This document shows positions 1-7,840 of a stretch of DNA of 50,298 nucleotides, one piece after another. A program made the translations under genes and the position numbers. The stretch spans positions 1 to 50,298 of the forward strand of contig CAZORO010000002.1 in the NCBI GenBank assembly GCA_964581845.1. Direction: 5' to 3'. Positions within the stretch are counted from its first letter, which is position 1. Every line of letters begins with the position of its first letter. The DNA comes from an uncultured bacterium (GTDB lineage: Bacteria; Hinthialibacterota; Hinthialibacteria; OLB16). Under the pieces are notes generated by a model. The model was given only the letters and a program-made list of their open reading frames with translations. It had not been told where the DNA came from and ran no database searches.

Positions 1-816
1 CGATTCCGCCAGTGCCTTCTTGGTTGCAATTTCATCCAGCTCTACCCCCTTGACTCCCTCGAACTCCAGCGTGATAGGTCCCTTATAGTGGTGCTCCGCG
101 AGGATCTTCATAATGCGCGGCATATCGACTACACCCTGTCCCACCGGCGGGAAAGTCCAGCTCTCGAAATTCCCATCGTGATCCTTGAGCTCCACAGTGG
201 CGACATAATCGATGATTTTTTCGAGCTCTACGCAGGCATCAGCACCCTTGTTATAGAAGGTGATGTTGCCGGTATCAAAATTAACCCGCACATTCGGGTG
301 GTTGACAGCCTTCATGGTCTCCAGATGCACCTCGGCATTGGTTCCCAGTTGCGGGTGTGTCTCCAGCGAGATAATGACATTATGCCGTTGGGCGATTTCA
401 CCAGCATCCCGCAAACGTGCATACATCATTTCCTTCGGCGCATCCTGTCCCTTCACCGATAGAAACATGTAATGGACCCCCATTTTCTCGCAGATGGCCA
501 GCTGCGATTCCAGATCCTCCTTGTAGGTCTCGTTGGTTAACTTCAGATCTCCACGCACCACCAACGCCTTTAGGTGGCTGTCTTGCAAACGCGCGATGGT
601 GGCATCTACCTGATCCGGGGTGGGGACATTCATGAAGACATAGTGGACTCCTATTTGCGGCAAATGCGTCCATGCCGCCTCTGAAAACTTGCCATAGCTC
701 GCGAAACGGCAAGCTAGGGGATTAGAACCCTCATCCGCAACCACCATTCCGTCTCCAGAGATAAGAAGGACAAATACTGCTGTAATGAAAAGCAGGCTAT
801 GGTGTACAAGAGTCAT
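1..816 (-). CDS. Xylose-isomerase-like TIM-barrel protein (sugar phosphate isomerase/epimerase family), secreted; 3' end truncated by the window edge
   Basis: Absent from the ORF track because it runs off the left edge. Manual minus-strand translation from the ATG at 816 gives 272 uninterrupted codons (MTLVHHSLLFITAVFVLLISG...ISLETHPQLGTN...HPNVRVNFDTGNITFYN...VELKDHDG...). GGAGGA lies 8 nt upstream of the ATG. The N-terminus is hydrophobic. The plus-strand ORFs at 88-462 and 417-635 and the out-of-frame minus-strand ORF at 398-712 are shadow or overlapping frames. Confidence 0.75.
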   Translation of the reverse strand, partial: MTLVHHSLLFITAVFVLLISGDGMVVADEGSNPLACRFASYGKFSEAAWTHLPQIGVHYVFMNVPTPDQVDATIARLQDSHLKALVVRGDLKLTNETYKEDLESQLAICEKMGVHYMFLSVKGQDAPKEMMYARLRDAGEIAQRHNVIISLETHPQLGTNAEVHLETMKAVNHPNVRVNFDTGNITFYNKGADACVELEKIIDYVATVELKDHDGNFESWTFPPVGQGVVDMPRIMKILAEHHYKGPITLEFEGVKGVELDEIATKKALAES

Positions 817-864
817 TGGCAAATTCCTCCATACATGTAGGGTGGGGCTTGCCCCACCACCTGA

Positions 865-1104
865 TTACGCCACACTCGCAATTGCCATAATTACCAAACC
901 CACCCCGCAAACTGCTGCGGTGGTTTTGAGTGGTTTATGCCAACTGGCAGCGATCCGCGAAGGAAGAAAATAGTTCACGATCGCGGCGAATCCAGCGATT
1001 CCTGTGATCACCGCTCCAATCGGACCTGAACCCACAACCACCGCAATCAAACCGGCTATTTGTGTGATACTGACAATCAGGGTAAGAATATCGAGCTGGC
1101 TCAT
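865..1104 (-). CDS. Small hydrophobic membrane protein (79 aa), function unknown
   Basis: AAGGAG lies 9 nt upstream of the ATG. The product is Gly/Ala/Ile-rich with 2-3 predicted transmembrane stretches (IAGLIAVVVGSGPIGAVITGIAGFAAIV). It sits between two same-strand genes. Confidence 0.45.
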   Translation of the reverse strand: MSQLDILTLIVSITQIAGLIAVVVGSGPIGAVITGIAGFAAIVNYFLPSRIAASWHKPLKTTAAVCGVGLVIMAIASVA

Positions 1105-1190
1105 GCGAGTCGTCTCCTTCCAGCGGCAAGGCCCCGGAGTTCAACTCCGGGGCCAGCTGATACCTTCGATTTGGTGGGGCAAGCCCCATC

Positions 1191-2519
1191 CTACGCTTTG
1201 GCAATCTCCTGGCGGTGTGCCCAGACCTTCTCAAAGGCCTTGACATATTGCTCAATCAGCTCTGGTTGTTCTGAAGTGAAATACGGCAACGGGATCGCCG
1301 TGGCATTGGCCTTCTCGGAGCCAGGCAGGTCGGGGATCGTGGGGGGGTGATGCCACCACTGGGCCTCTGAATAAAATGGCAATTTATGCTGCAACCGGTA
1401 ACCGAAGGAGCTGGTTTTGACCCCCTCGGCCACAAGCGCCGCCACAGCCTGATCACGGGTCATTCCGGCTTCGTTCTCATCGATGAAGAGCATGTTCCAG
1501 GAATAATAAATCCGCTCCATGTCCTTTCGTCCGCTGGACTGTTCATAAAGGCCAGGCAGTTGCAGGAGTTGGTCATTGAGTTTTCTTACCTGGCCAGCGC
1601 CAGCGGCATTACGCTCATCGAGGCCCACCAACTGGGAGCGGATGATCGCCGCGGCGAGGGGGTGCATCCGGAACTTGAAGCCGAGACCCGACCCATAATA
1701 CTTGTGATAGGGGCTGCTCTCCTCCATGCCCGTGACCTGGTAATCGCTCACTGCATTCGCACGGTCATAGTCAGTGGTGTCCTGGTAGACTCCCATGCCT
1801 CCCTCGATCCCTGGTAATGGTTTGGTGGTCTGGTAGCTGAAGATTGACATGCGTCCCCAAGTCCCCATGTGTTTCCCCCGCAGCTTGGCTCCATGCGCAT
1901 GGGCAGCATCCTCCAGCACGATCAAACCCTTCTCCTTGGCCCACTCGGAGATGGCATCCATATCAGACGGCAGCCCGATCCAGTGAACCGGAAGCACTGC
2001 GCGGGTGTTCTTGGTCAGACGTTTCTTGGCATCCTCCAGATCGAAATTTAGTGTTCTCGGATTGATATCCACGAAGACCGGCACAAAACCGAAGAAACGC
2101 ATCGGGGCGATGGTGGCGAAGAAGGTGTAACTCGGTACCATGATCTCGCTGCCGGGGGGCAGATCGAGTGCGAAGAACATGGAAGTCAACGCGCTGGTGC
2201 CATTGCAAAAGGCCTTGGCATGAGGCGCGCCGAGAAAGGTTTTCCATTCAGCCTCAAGCTGATCGATGGGCGCATAGCTCGGATTCCGGATCAGTTCCAA
2301 CACCACTTTCTCTTCAGCCTCCCCATAAAGGGGCCAACGGTCTGCGCTATTGAATGGCGCTGTGACTGCGGGGGGACCGCCCTGAATCGCTAGCTTCTCC
2401 AGTGGTGCCGCGGAAAAAGCCGGAGCACCCAAGGTCAGCCCCGCCGCCGCCACTCCGCTTGCCTTCAAAAAATCCCGCCTTGTTGTCCGTTCGACTTCAT
2501 CAAATTTCATTTCTCCCAT
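1191..2519 (-). CDS. DegT/DnrJ/EryC1/StrS-type PLP aminotransferase with a twin-arginine (Tat) signal peptide
   Basis: The N-terminus MGEMKFDEVERTTRRDFLKASGVAAAGLTLGAPAFSA matches the S/T-R-R-x-F-L-K Tat consensus. The core carries DegT-like motifs (NGTSALT, LEDAAHAHGA, SIFSYQTTKPL with the candidate PLP lysine). I moved the start from the longest ORF (2603) to the ATG at 2519; the ATG at 2510 is also possible. Confidence 0.85.
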   Translation of the reverse strand: MGEMKFDEVERTTRRDFLKASGVAAAGLTLGAPAFSAAPLEKLAIQGGPPAVTAPFNSADRWPLYGEAEEKVVLELIRNPSYAPIDQLEAEWKTFLGAPHAKAFCNGTSALTSMFFALDLPPGSEIMVPSYTFFATIAPMRFFGFVPVFVDINPRTLNFDLEDAKKRLTKNTRAVLPVHWIGLPSDMDAISEWAKEKGLIVLEDAAHAHGAKLRGKHMGTWGRMSIFSYQTTKPLPGIEGGMGVYQDTTDYDRANAVSDYQVTGMEESSPYHKYYGSGLGFKFRMHPLAAAIIRSQLVGLDERNAAGAGQVRKLNDQLLQLPGLYEQSSGRKDMERIYYSWNMLFIDENEAGMTRDQAVAALVAEGVKTSSFGYRLQHKLPFYSEAQWWHHPPTIPDLPGSEKANATAIPLPYFTSEQPELIEQYVKAFEKVWAHRQEIAKA

Positions 2520-2710
2520 TTCGATCACCTCCAAGCAACGCTCGCCCGCATGCGGGTACCTCTTCAGGCAGTTGACCCTTCCACCACAATAGCAGAGTCC
2601 CACTGCCTCATATAGAAGAAAAAAAGGTTCCCCCTCTTTCCAGGAGCCTATGGGAGAAGGGGCAAAGTGGCGGCAACCACCTGATAATATAGTACTTATG
2701 TTTCCTGGAT

Positions 2711-2719
2711 TGGTATAAT
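2711..2719 (+). promoter_or_regulatory. Candidate extended -10 promoter element (TGGTATAAT) upstream of the BNR gene
   Basis: Exact TGnTATAAT match about 130 nt upstream of the ATG at 2852, in the divergent intergenic region. The -35 is weak, and promoter rules for this lineage are not established. Confidence 0.3.
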
Positions 2720-2851
2720 AAGATTAGATCCTTTTCTCACCTTGTCTTCAAGTATCGTAAAGCCCAGACTTTCGTCAACATCATTAACCACTGCTGTGGT
2801 GATAAAAATTTTTCAACCTCCAGCAGGTAGGAGGCACCAAAAACTTCAGAT

Positions 2852-4324
2852 ATGAAAGGTTTTGTCACTATGAGTCTCAAACATTCCATGATCAGGGGAT
2901 CGGTGGTCATTTCATCCATCCGTATGTTGTTGGTAGCACTCTGCATCAGTTCAGGAGCTATCTGGATTGTTTCCGCGCGGGAAGCGGTCAGCGTGGACGT
3001 CACATGGAAAACTGGATTCGGCCGGGCGGTCATCACTCCTGACAAGGATGTCTGGCTGGCTGGGTACGGAACGAAACTTTCACCAAATGGCAATCTCCAC
3101 GACATCTGGAAGAAGTCTCTCGAACGGCCCGTGCCCGCATTGTTGGCGGTGGGCGAGGTGTGGGTGACCTTCGCCGGATTGGTTGCCACGGTGGGACAAC
3201 CGGTCCTGGATAATGCTTTTTCAACGGTGGCTTCAGCCAGCGGAGCAAGCGCTAAAACAATCGTTACCGTGGCTACAAGCACCCCCGAATTTCCTCGGAA
3301 AAGCGAGGGGGATGTGATCGAAATGAAAGATGGCGGACTGCTTCTTGTCTACATGGAGTTTGGCGGGGATGGCGAGGACGATGCCAAGACACGGCTTGTG
3401 GCGCGGGAATCAGCCGATGGCGGTCTTTCCTGGGCCCGTCACCGGGTCGTTACCGAAACAGCACCGGGGGACATGAACGTATACTCGCCCAATCTCATCC
3501 GCTCAAAGGATGGCGGTATCCTTTTGGTATTCATGCGGCAACACCGCGTGGGAGTGCTCACCAACTATGTCTGGAAATCCATCGATGAAGGAAGAACCTT
3601 CTCGCCGTATGCCGAGTTCGCCGCCAAAACGGACCTTGCGTTATGCAACTCGACCGTGAGGCGGCTTGCTTCTGGACGGCTGCTGTTGCCGGTGAGCCCC
3701 GCTGTTCCCGGAGATCATGGGTCATGGGGAAAATACGCAGTCACCGTGCTCTACAGCGACGATGACGGACTGACATGGCGCGAGGCCGCCAACCGGCTCA
3801 CCCTCCCGATGCGCGGGGCCATGGAACCGCATGTCGAACAGGCTGGCGGTGGACGTGTCTTGATGGTGATGCGTAACCAGCTTGGCTCGATCCATCTGTC
3901 TGAGTCGTCCGACGATGGAGTGACGTGGTCCGAGCCAAAGACAACCGGTCTGATATCACCAGAATCCTGCCCGCAGCTGATCCGCATTCCTGTCACAGGC
4001 GATCTGCTGATGATATGGAATAACACTTACGACCCGAATTTCGCATCGCATTACGGAAAACGTAGTCCCCTGACAGCTGCGGTGTCGCAAGACAATGGCC
4101 TTACCTGGCGGCATGTTCGTGACATCGAGACCGATCCCAAACGGGCCTTTTCCAATCCAGGTTGCCGCTTCACAACCGGCGGGAAAGCAATTTTGAATTA
4201 TTGGACTTGTGAATATCTGTCGTCGTGGCTGATGCAGAACAACATCGATCTGCGTGTGGCAATCATCGACACGCCGTGGTTCTATGAGTCCCCGTCAGGT
4301 TCCATTGCCCCGCGCCAACAGTGA
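2852..4324 (+). CDS. BNR/Asp-box repeat sialidase-like (GH33-like) beta-propeller protein with a roughly 150-aa N-terminal extension
   Basis: Five Asp-box motifs: SADGGLSW, SIDEGRTF, SDDDGLTW, SSDDGVTW, SQDNGLTW. There is an N-terminal hydrophobic anchor. I saw no clear FRIP motif, so sialidase activity itself is unproven. The start is uncertain: AGGAGG lies 17 nt upstream of the ATG at 2852. Confidence 0.8.
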   Translation: MKGFVTMSLKHSMIRGSVVISSIRMLLVALCISSGAIWIVSAREAVSVDVTWKTGFGRAVITPDKDVWLAGYGTKLSPNGNLHDIWKKSLERPVPALLAVGEVWVTFAGLVATVGQPVLDNAFSTVASASGASAKTIVTVATSTPEFPRKSEGDVIEMKDGGLLLVYMEFGGDGEDDAKTRLVARESADGGLSWARHRVVTETAPGDMNVYSPNLIRSKDGGILLVFMRQHRVGVLTNYVWKSIDEGRTFSPYAEFAAKTDLALCNSTVRRLASGRLLLPVSPAVPGDHGSWGKYAVTVLYSDDDGLTWREAANRLTLPMRGAMEPHVEQAGGGRVLMVMRNQLGSIHLSESSDDGVTWSEPKTTGLISPESCPQLIRIPVTGDLLMIWNNTYDPNFASHYGKRSPLTAAVSQDNGLTWRHVRDIETDPKRAFSNPGCRFTTGGKAILNYWTCEYLSSWLMQNNIDLRVAIIDTPWFYESPSGSIAPRQQ

Positions 4325-4437
4325 GGCAATCACTCTTCCCAGGACTGCCACCGGTGTCTTTGGGAACCGGGGTGATAACGCAAGTAGGACTTAAAAAATC
4401 TCTATGATTATCTCCTCTAGTGGCCAAACACCTTGCG

Positions 4438-6897
4438 TTAAGGTTCTCTTGATGCTGCTTTGAGTACACGATCGACGAGTCCGCCTTCCTTACAGGGGAA
4501 GGAAAGGTCCTTCTGCTCAATCGCGGCAGGCAGGGACCAGATCATCATGTCCTGATAATAATCATGACCACCATTCATGAAACCGCGCTCTCCAGTGTCT
4601 TGGTCACCACGTATGATATTGGGCATGTCCCAGGTATAACGCCATTTGCAAAGAATGTTCTCCCAACACCTCTTAGATAGTTCAATCCCGAATTCTCTTT
4701 GCCCCTCGTACATATAATTCATCGCCAGCATCAAGACCTCGGGAGGGAACCAGCTGTAGGTTCCATATCCACCGACCGGGGCGGGAGTTCCATCTACCCT
4801 GGCGTAATTGACTACTCCGGTTTTTGAAATGGCGGCGTTACATCGCTGGATGGTCCGCAAGGTGGTTTTGACACGATCTTCTTGAAATACTCCGGGTAAA
4901 CCATGAGAATCCATGATCCACTCCCCATCCAGTTGAAAACCGAATACGAGATCATCCTTCCTTTCAGATAGTGGATCAAAGCAATTCAGATAATACGTCC
5001 CATTCCAGAGATCCTTCTCAAGTGCCTTCATCCCCACCTCTAGCCAATCCCCGCATTGTTTGGAAAAATCCATGTCGCCCGCTAGGTCAGAAAAGCGTTT
5101 GGCAATACGTAGTTGAGCAAGGTGCAGACCTCCGGCATGGGTAGTCATTCCAAACCAGGCGGGATTTCCTGCCTCAAACCATTCCGCGCCACGATCTCCA
5201 TCTGGCATCATGAGCAGGCGTTGCCCCATCGTGTATTCTGGTGAGGTTCTCAGATTAGCCGTGTAGACCATGTTTTTCTTGATGACAGGATGAAATTCTT
5301 TTACGAAATCGGGATATCCTTCACCCCAGCAAATCAGGAAACGGTCCAGCATTCCCGCCATGGAAATCCCGTTGGTGGTCCATTGATACCCTTTGGTGGG
5401 CATGGCGAAATCAATCGGAGGATTTCCAGCAGTCCACCCGCCCCATACCCACGGTGCGGCGCCATCTTCATACATGTATCCGGCATATCCCCGGTAAGTG
5501 GATAACGCTAATTCGGGAAAGAAATAGACCAGGGGCTGGTTTCCATAGAATCCGCAGGGAATACATTCGATCTGTGGACAGGTACGGGGGCATTCGTTCA
5601 TGCCGAACAACCCATCCTCTTCCTTCACCCATGCGGGCAGTGAGGGCCCCTTCTGAGCCCAGAGTCCAGTCTCAGTGATCATGTAAAGGGAATTGATGAG
5701 TGAATCCGCCAACCAGCCGGGGATATTCTTGTCGTTATAAATCGCCTCCTGCCAGGCAAGAATGCGTTTCAATAATGCTTCATGTTGTTTCGCCAGAAGC
5801 TTTGCGGTTTCAACTGCGGATGGGTAATACTTGGAATACATGTGAGTAAAGCTATTACCGCTGGTTGACCAAGGTTTGCCTCCACCGTTCCAGACCGGAG
5901 CGGACCAGCTGACTACAAACCGGACTATCCTGTTTTCTCCTGGTTTTAGGTGGAAATCAACAGCCGCGGAGGAACCTGATTCCTCAATCAGACATGTGGG
6001 AAGTGTTTCGCGGATTTTGGCCCATGATGAACTATCCGCCCCAAGTTCACCTCCCAGGCGGATCTTCTTCTCGTCAATCACCCCCAGGACATAGCTTGCG
6101 TTGGGCGATTGTACCTCAATTCCAGTCAGGTCACCTTTCACTGTGTGACGGCTGAAATCTTCGGTTCCCGCCTCGAGTACGGTTGGCCCCGGAAAGCTGA
6201 ACGCGATAGTTCCGGTCTGTTCTGAAAGGCTGTGGTTTCGGAGATGGACCTCGAAAATAATCCCCGGGATCATCGAATGCTGCGCATCCCCGGGAAGAAA
6301 TGGGGCCCAGGCGCGTAGACCCACACTCACGGGAGCATCCATTTCAAACTCCAGGTCGGCAACTGGGTAATGACCCCAATAATGAATCTCTGATGGAAAA
6401 GAAACACCCGGTAAATTCAGTTCCTGGAGATAGGGTTCGGCAAAAGGGTATCCCTGTTTTTCAAGGTATGCCACATGGTGCGGAAAATTGTAGCAGAAGG
6501 GGGGTTGAAAATTTCCCAGACCGGGTTTGGTCTGTTCCGGATCGCATAGAACCCAGATCCTGTCACCCACTGATAATCCGAGGAATGGGAGATTCATTGG
6601 CCCCCGCCGTGGGATTTGAGTGTTATATATAGTATTGAATCCCCACAGGCCGCTGGTCTCGAGGTCAATGCACCCAGTGTCAATACCGCCTAAAGCCAGA
6701 CCATTGGTCGCGGGCGAATCTCGACGGTAAATGATGCCAGTTACTGGGTTGGAGAAACCTTGGGCCTGCAGTTCAACCCACTGACTTGAGGGCTTATCGG
6801 TGGAAAACAGCTTATTGATGGTTTCAGCTTGCGACAACCCGATGGCGAAAAGAAACTCTATAACCAGAATGAGAAAAGCTGGAGAAACATGCTTCAT
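4438..6897 (-). CDS. GH116-like (GBA2/DUF608-type) beta-glucosidase family protein, secreted
   Basis: The N-terminal motif LGGIDTGCIDLETSG is typical of the GH116 N-domain, and the large C-terminal region resembles the six-hairpin catalytic domain. Signal peptide MKHVSPAFLILVIEFLFAIGLSQA. GGAGGA lies upstream of the ATG at 6897, so the longest-ORF start at 6978 was rejected. Confidence 0.85.
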   Translation of the reverse strand: MKHVSPAFLILVIEFLFAIGLSQAETINKLFSTDKPSSQWVELQAQGFSNPVTGIIYRRDSPATNGLALGGIDTGCIDLETSGLWGFNTIYNTQIPRRGPMNLPFLGLSVGDRIWVLCDPEQTKPGLGNFQPPFCYNFPHHVAYLEKQGYPFAEPYLQELNLPGVSFPSEIHYWGHYPVADLEFEMDAPVSVGLRAWAPFLPGDAQHSMIPGIIFEVHLRNHSLSEQTGTIAFSFPGPTVLEAGTEDFSRHTVKGDLTGIEVQSPNASYVLGVIDEKKIRLGGELGADSSSWAKIRETLPTCLIEESGSSAAVDFHLKPGENRIVRFVVSWSAPVWNGGGKPWSTSGNSFTHMYSKYYPSAVETAKLLAKQHEALLKRILAWQEAIYNDKNIPGWLADSLINSLYMITETGLWAQKGPSLPAWVKEEDGLFGMNECPRTCPQIECIPCGFYGNQPLVYFFPELALSTYRGYAGYMYEDGAAPWVWGGWTAGNPPIDFAMPTKGYQWTTNGISMAGMLDRFLICWGEGYPDFVKEFHPVIKKNMVYTANLRTSPEYTMGQRLLMMPDGDRGAEWFEAGNPAWFGMTTHAGGLHLAQLRIAKRFSDLAGDMDFSKQCGDWLEVGMKALEKDLWNGTYYLNCFDPLSERKDDLVFGFQLDGEWIMDSHGLPGVFQEDRVKTTLRTIQRCNAAISKTGVVNYARVDGTPAPVGGYGTYSWFPPEVLMLAMNYMYEGQREFGIELSKRCWENILCKWRYTWDMPNIIRGDQDTGERGFMNGGHDYYQDMMIWSLPAAIEQKDLSFPCKEGGLVDRVLKAASREP

Positions 6898-6964
6898 TGA
6901 GATTCCTCCTGGACTCGAATAACGGCGTATTCCGGGCTGGATTGAGAACCGTAACGTTAGGAAG

Positions 6965-7726
6965 TCACTTGATTTCACTGATTATCAGATCCAAACCTGC
7001 AAAGTCATCTCCATGCGAACTGCGTCCGTTGATGAGGACCCAGATGGAATCTCCTTTTTGAAGGACGACTTTTTTTAACATGGAGTCGTTGTAAGCGTAC
7101 CGGGTCTTAGCGGCATGGGAAAAGGTAAACGGGTTGTGGGAAGTAAAACCGGCATTTGGATAGGGAATGGGTGTTTCCTCCAGAATTGTAGTTGTTTCCC
7201 CTGATTCAATCGTGAACTTGCCAATACTGAATCCTAACAGCCGCTTGTTATCTCTCAGCATCCAGATGCCCCCGGAAATTTGGACTGCCGCATTGTGTGG
7301 GGCAGTCCAACGGATCAGAAAGGGAGAATGACCTCCCACACGGCCCTCCGGGAAATCAAGATTACTGACTCCCACGCTTTTGCAGATCCCATGTGCCTTA
7401 CCATCCTCCTCGTGCCAGGCTGGTTGAGGGCCGTCCGCAAAGTCCGGGGATGCCGGACCGAACCAGATGTTTGTATGCTTGGGAAGTAAATTTTGGATCC
7501 TTGCCTGCACATTCACTTCCTGGAGGGTGATATCTCCGGATTGAGTGGTGACCGTCTGACCATCACTCGCTGCTTTTTCCACGGGGCGCAGCTCATACGA
7601 CCAGACCCCATTGGGATTCATTGAATCGCTCCAGTCCTTTGCCAGATCCCAGGTCTGGGGCCAGGCGGAGTGGGGACCGAAAAGGAATAGAATCAAGATT
7701 GACAGACTAATTTTAATCAATCGCAT
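6965..7726 (-). CDS. Secreted hypothetical protein (253 aa)
   Basis: GGAGGA lies 9 nt upstream of the ATG. Signal peptide MRLIKISLSILILFLFGPHSAWP. I recognise no family motif. It lies between the two GH116-like paralogs on the same strand. Confidence 0.65.
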   Translation of the reverse strand: MRLIKISLSILILFLFGPHSAWPQTWDLAKDWSDSMNPNGVWSYELRPVEKAASDGQTVTTQSGDITLQEVNVQARIQNLLPKHTNIWFGPASPDFADGPQPAWHEEDGKAHGICKSVGVSNLDFPEGRVGGHSPFLIRWTAPHNAAVQISGGIWMLRDNKRLLGFSIGKFTIESGETTTILEETPIPYPNAGFTSHNPFTFSHAAKTRYAYNDSMLKKVVLQKGDSIWVLINGRSSHGDDFAGLDLIISEIK

Positions 7727-7840
7727 TCCCGAGCTCCTCCACAGTGCATTGGAAAATGGATTTCTTTCTTTCCCATTTGTGATTCATGGGAGGATGTTAA
7801 TCGATAATGCAGTTTTCCACTCGATTTGGCTGATAATCTA

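Noticed and set aside
88-712. ORF-track entries 88-462(+), 260-472(+), 398-712(-) and 417-635(+)
   Set aside because: All overlap the continuous 272-codon minus-strand frame (1-816), which has a strong SD, a signal peptide and TIM-barrel motifs. That frame is missing from the track only because it lacks a stop inside the window.
2737-3282. 181-aa minus-strand ORF opposite the N-terminal extension of the BNR gene
   Set aside because: It has no SD, and its composition looks like shadow-frame sequence. It would end inside the promoter region of the BNR gene. I noted it only because the plus-strand coding assignment of 2852-3300 is itself less certain.
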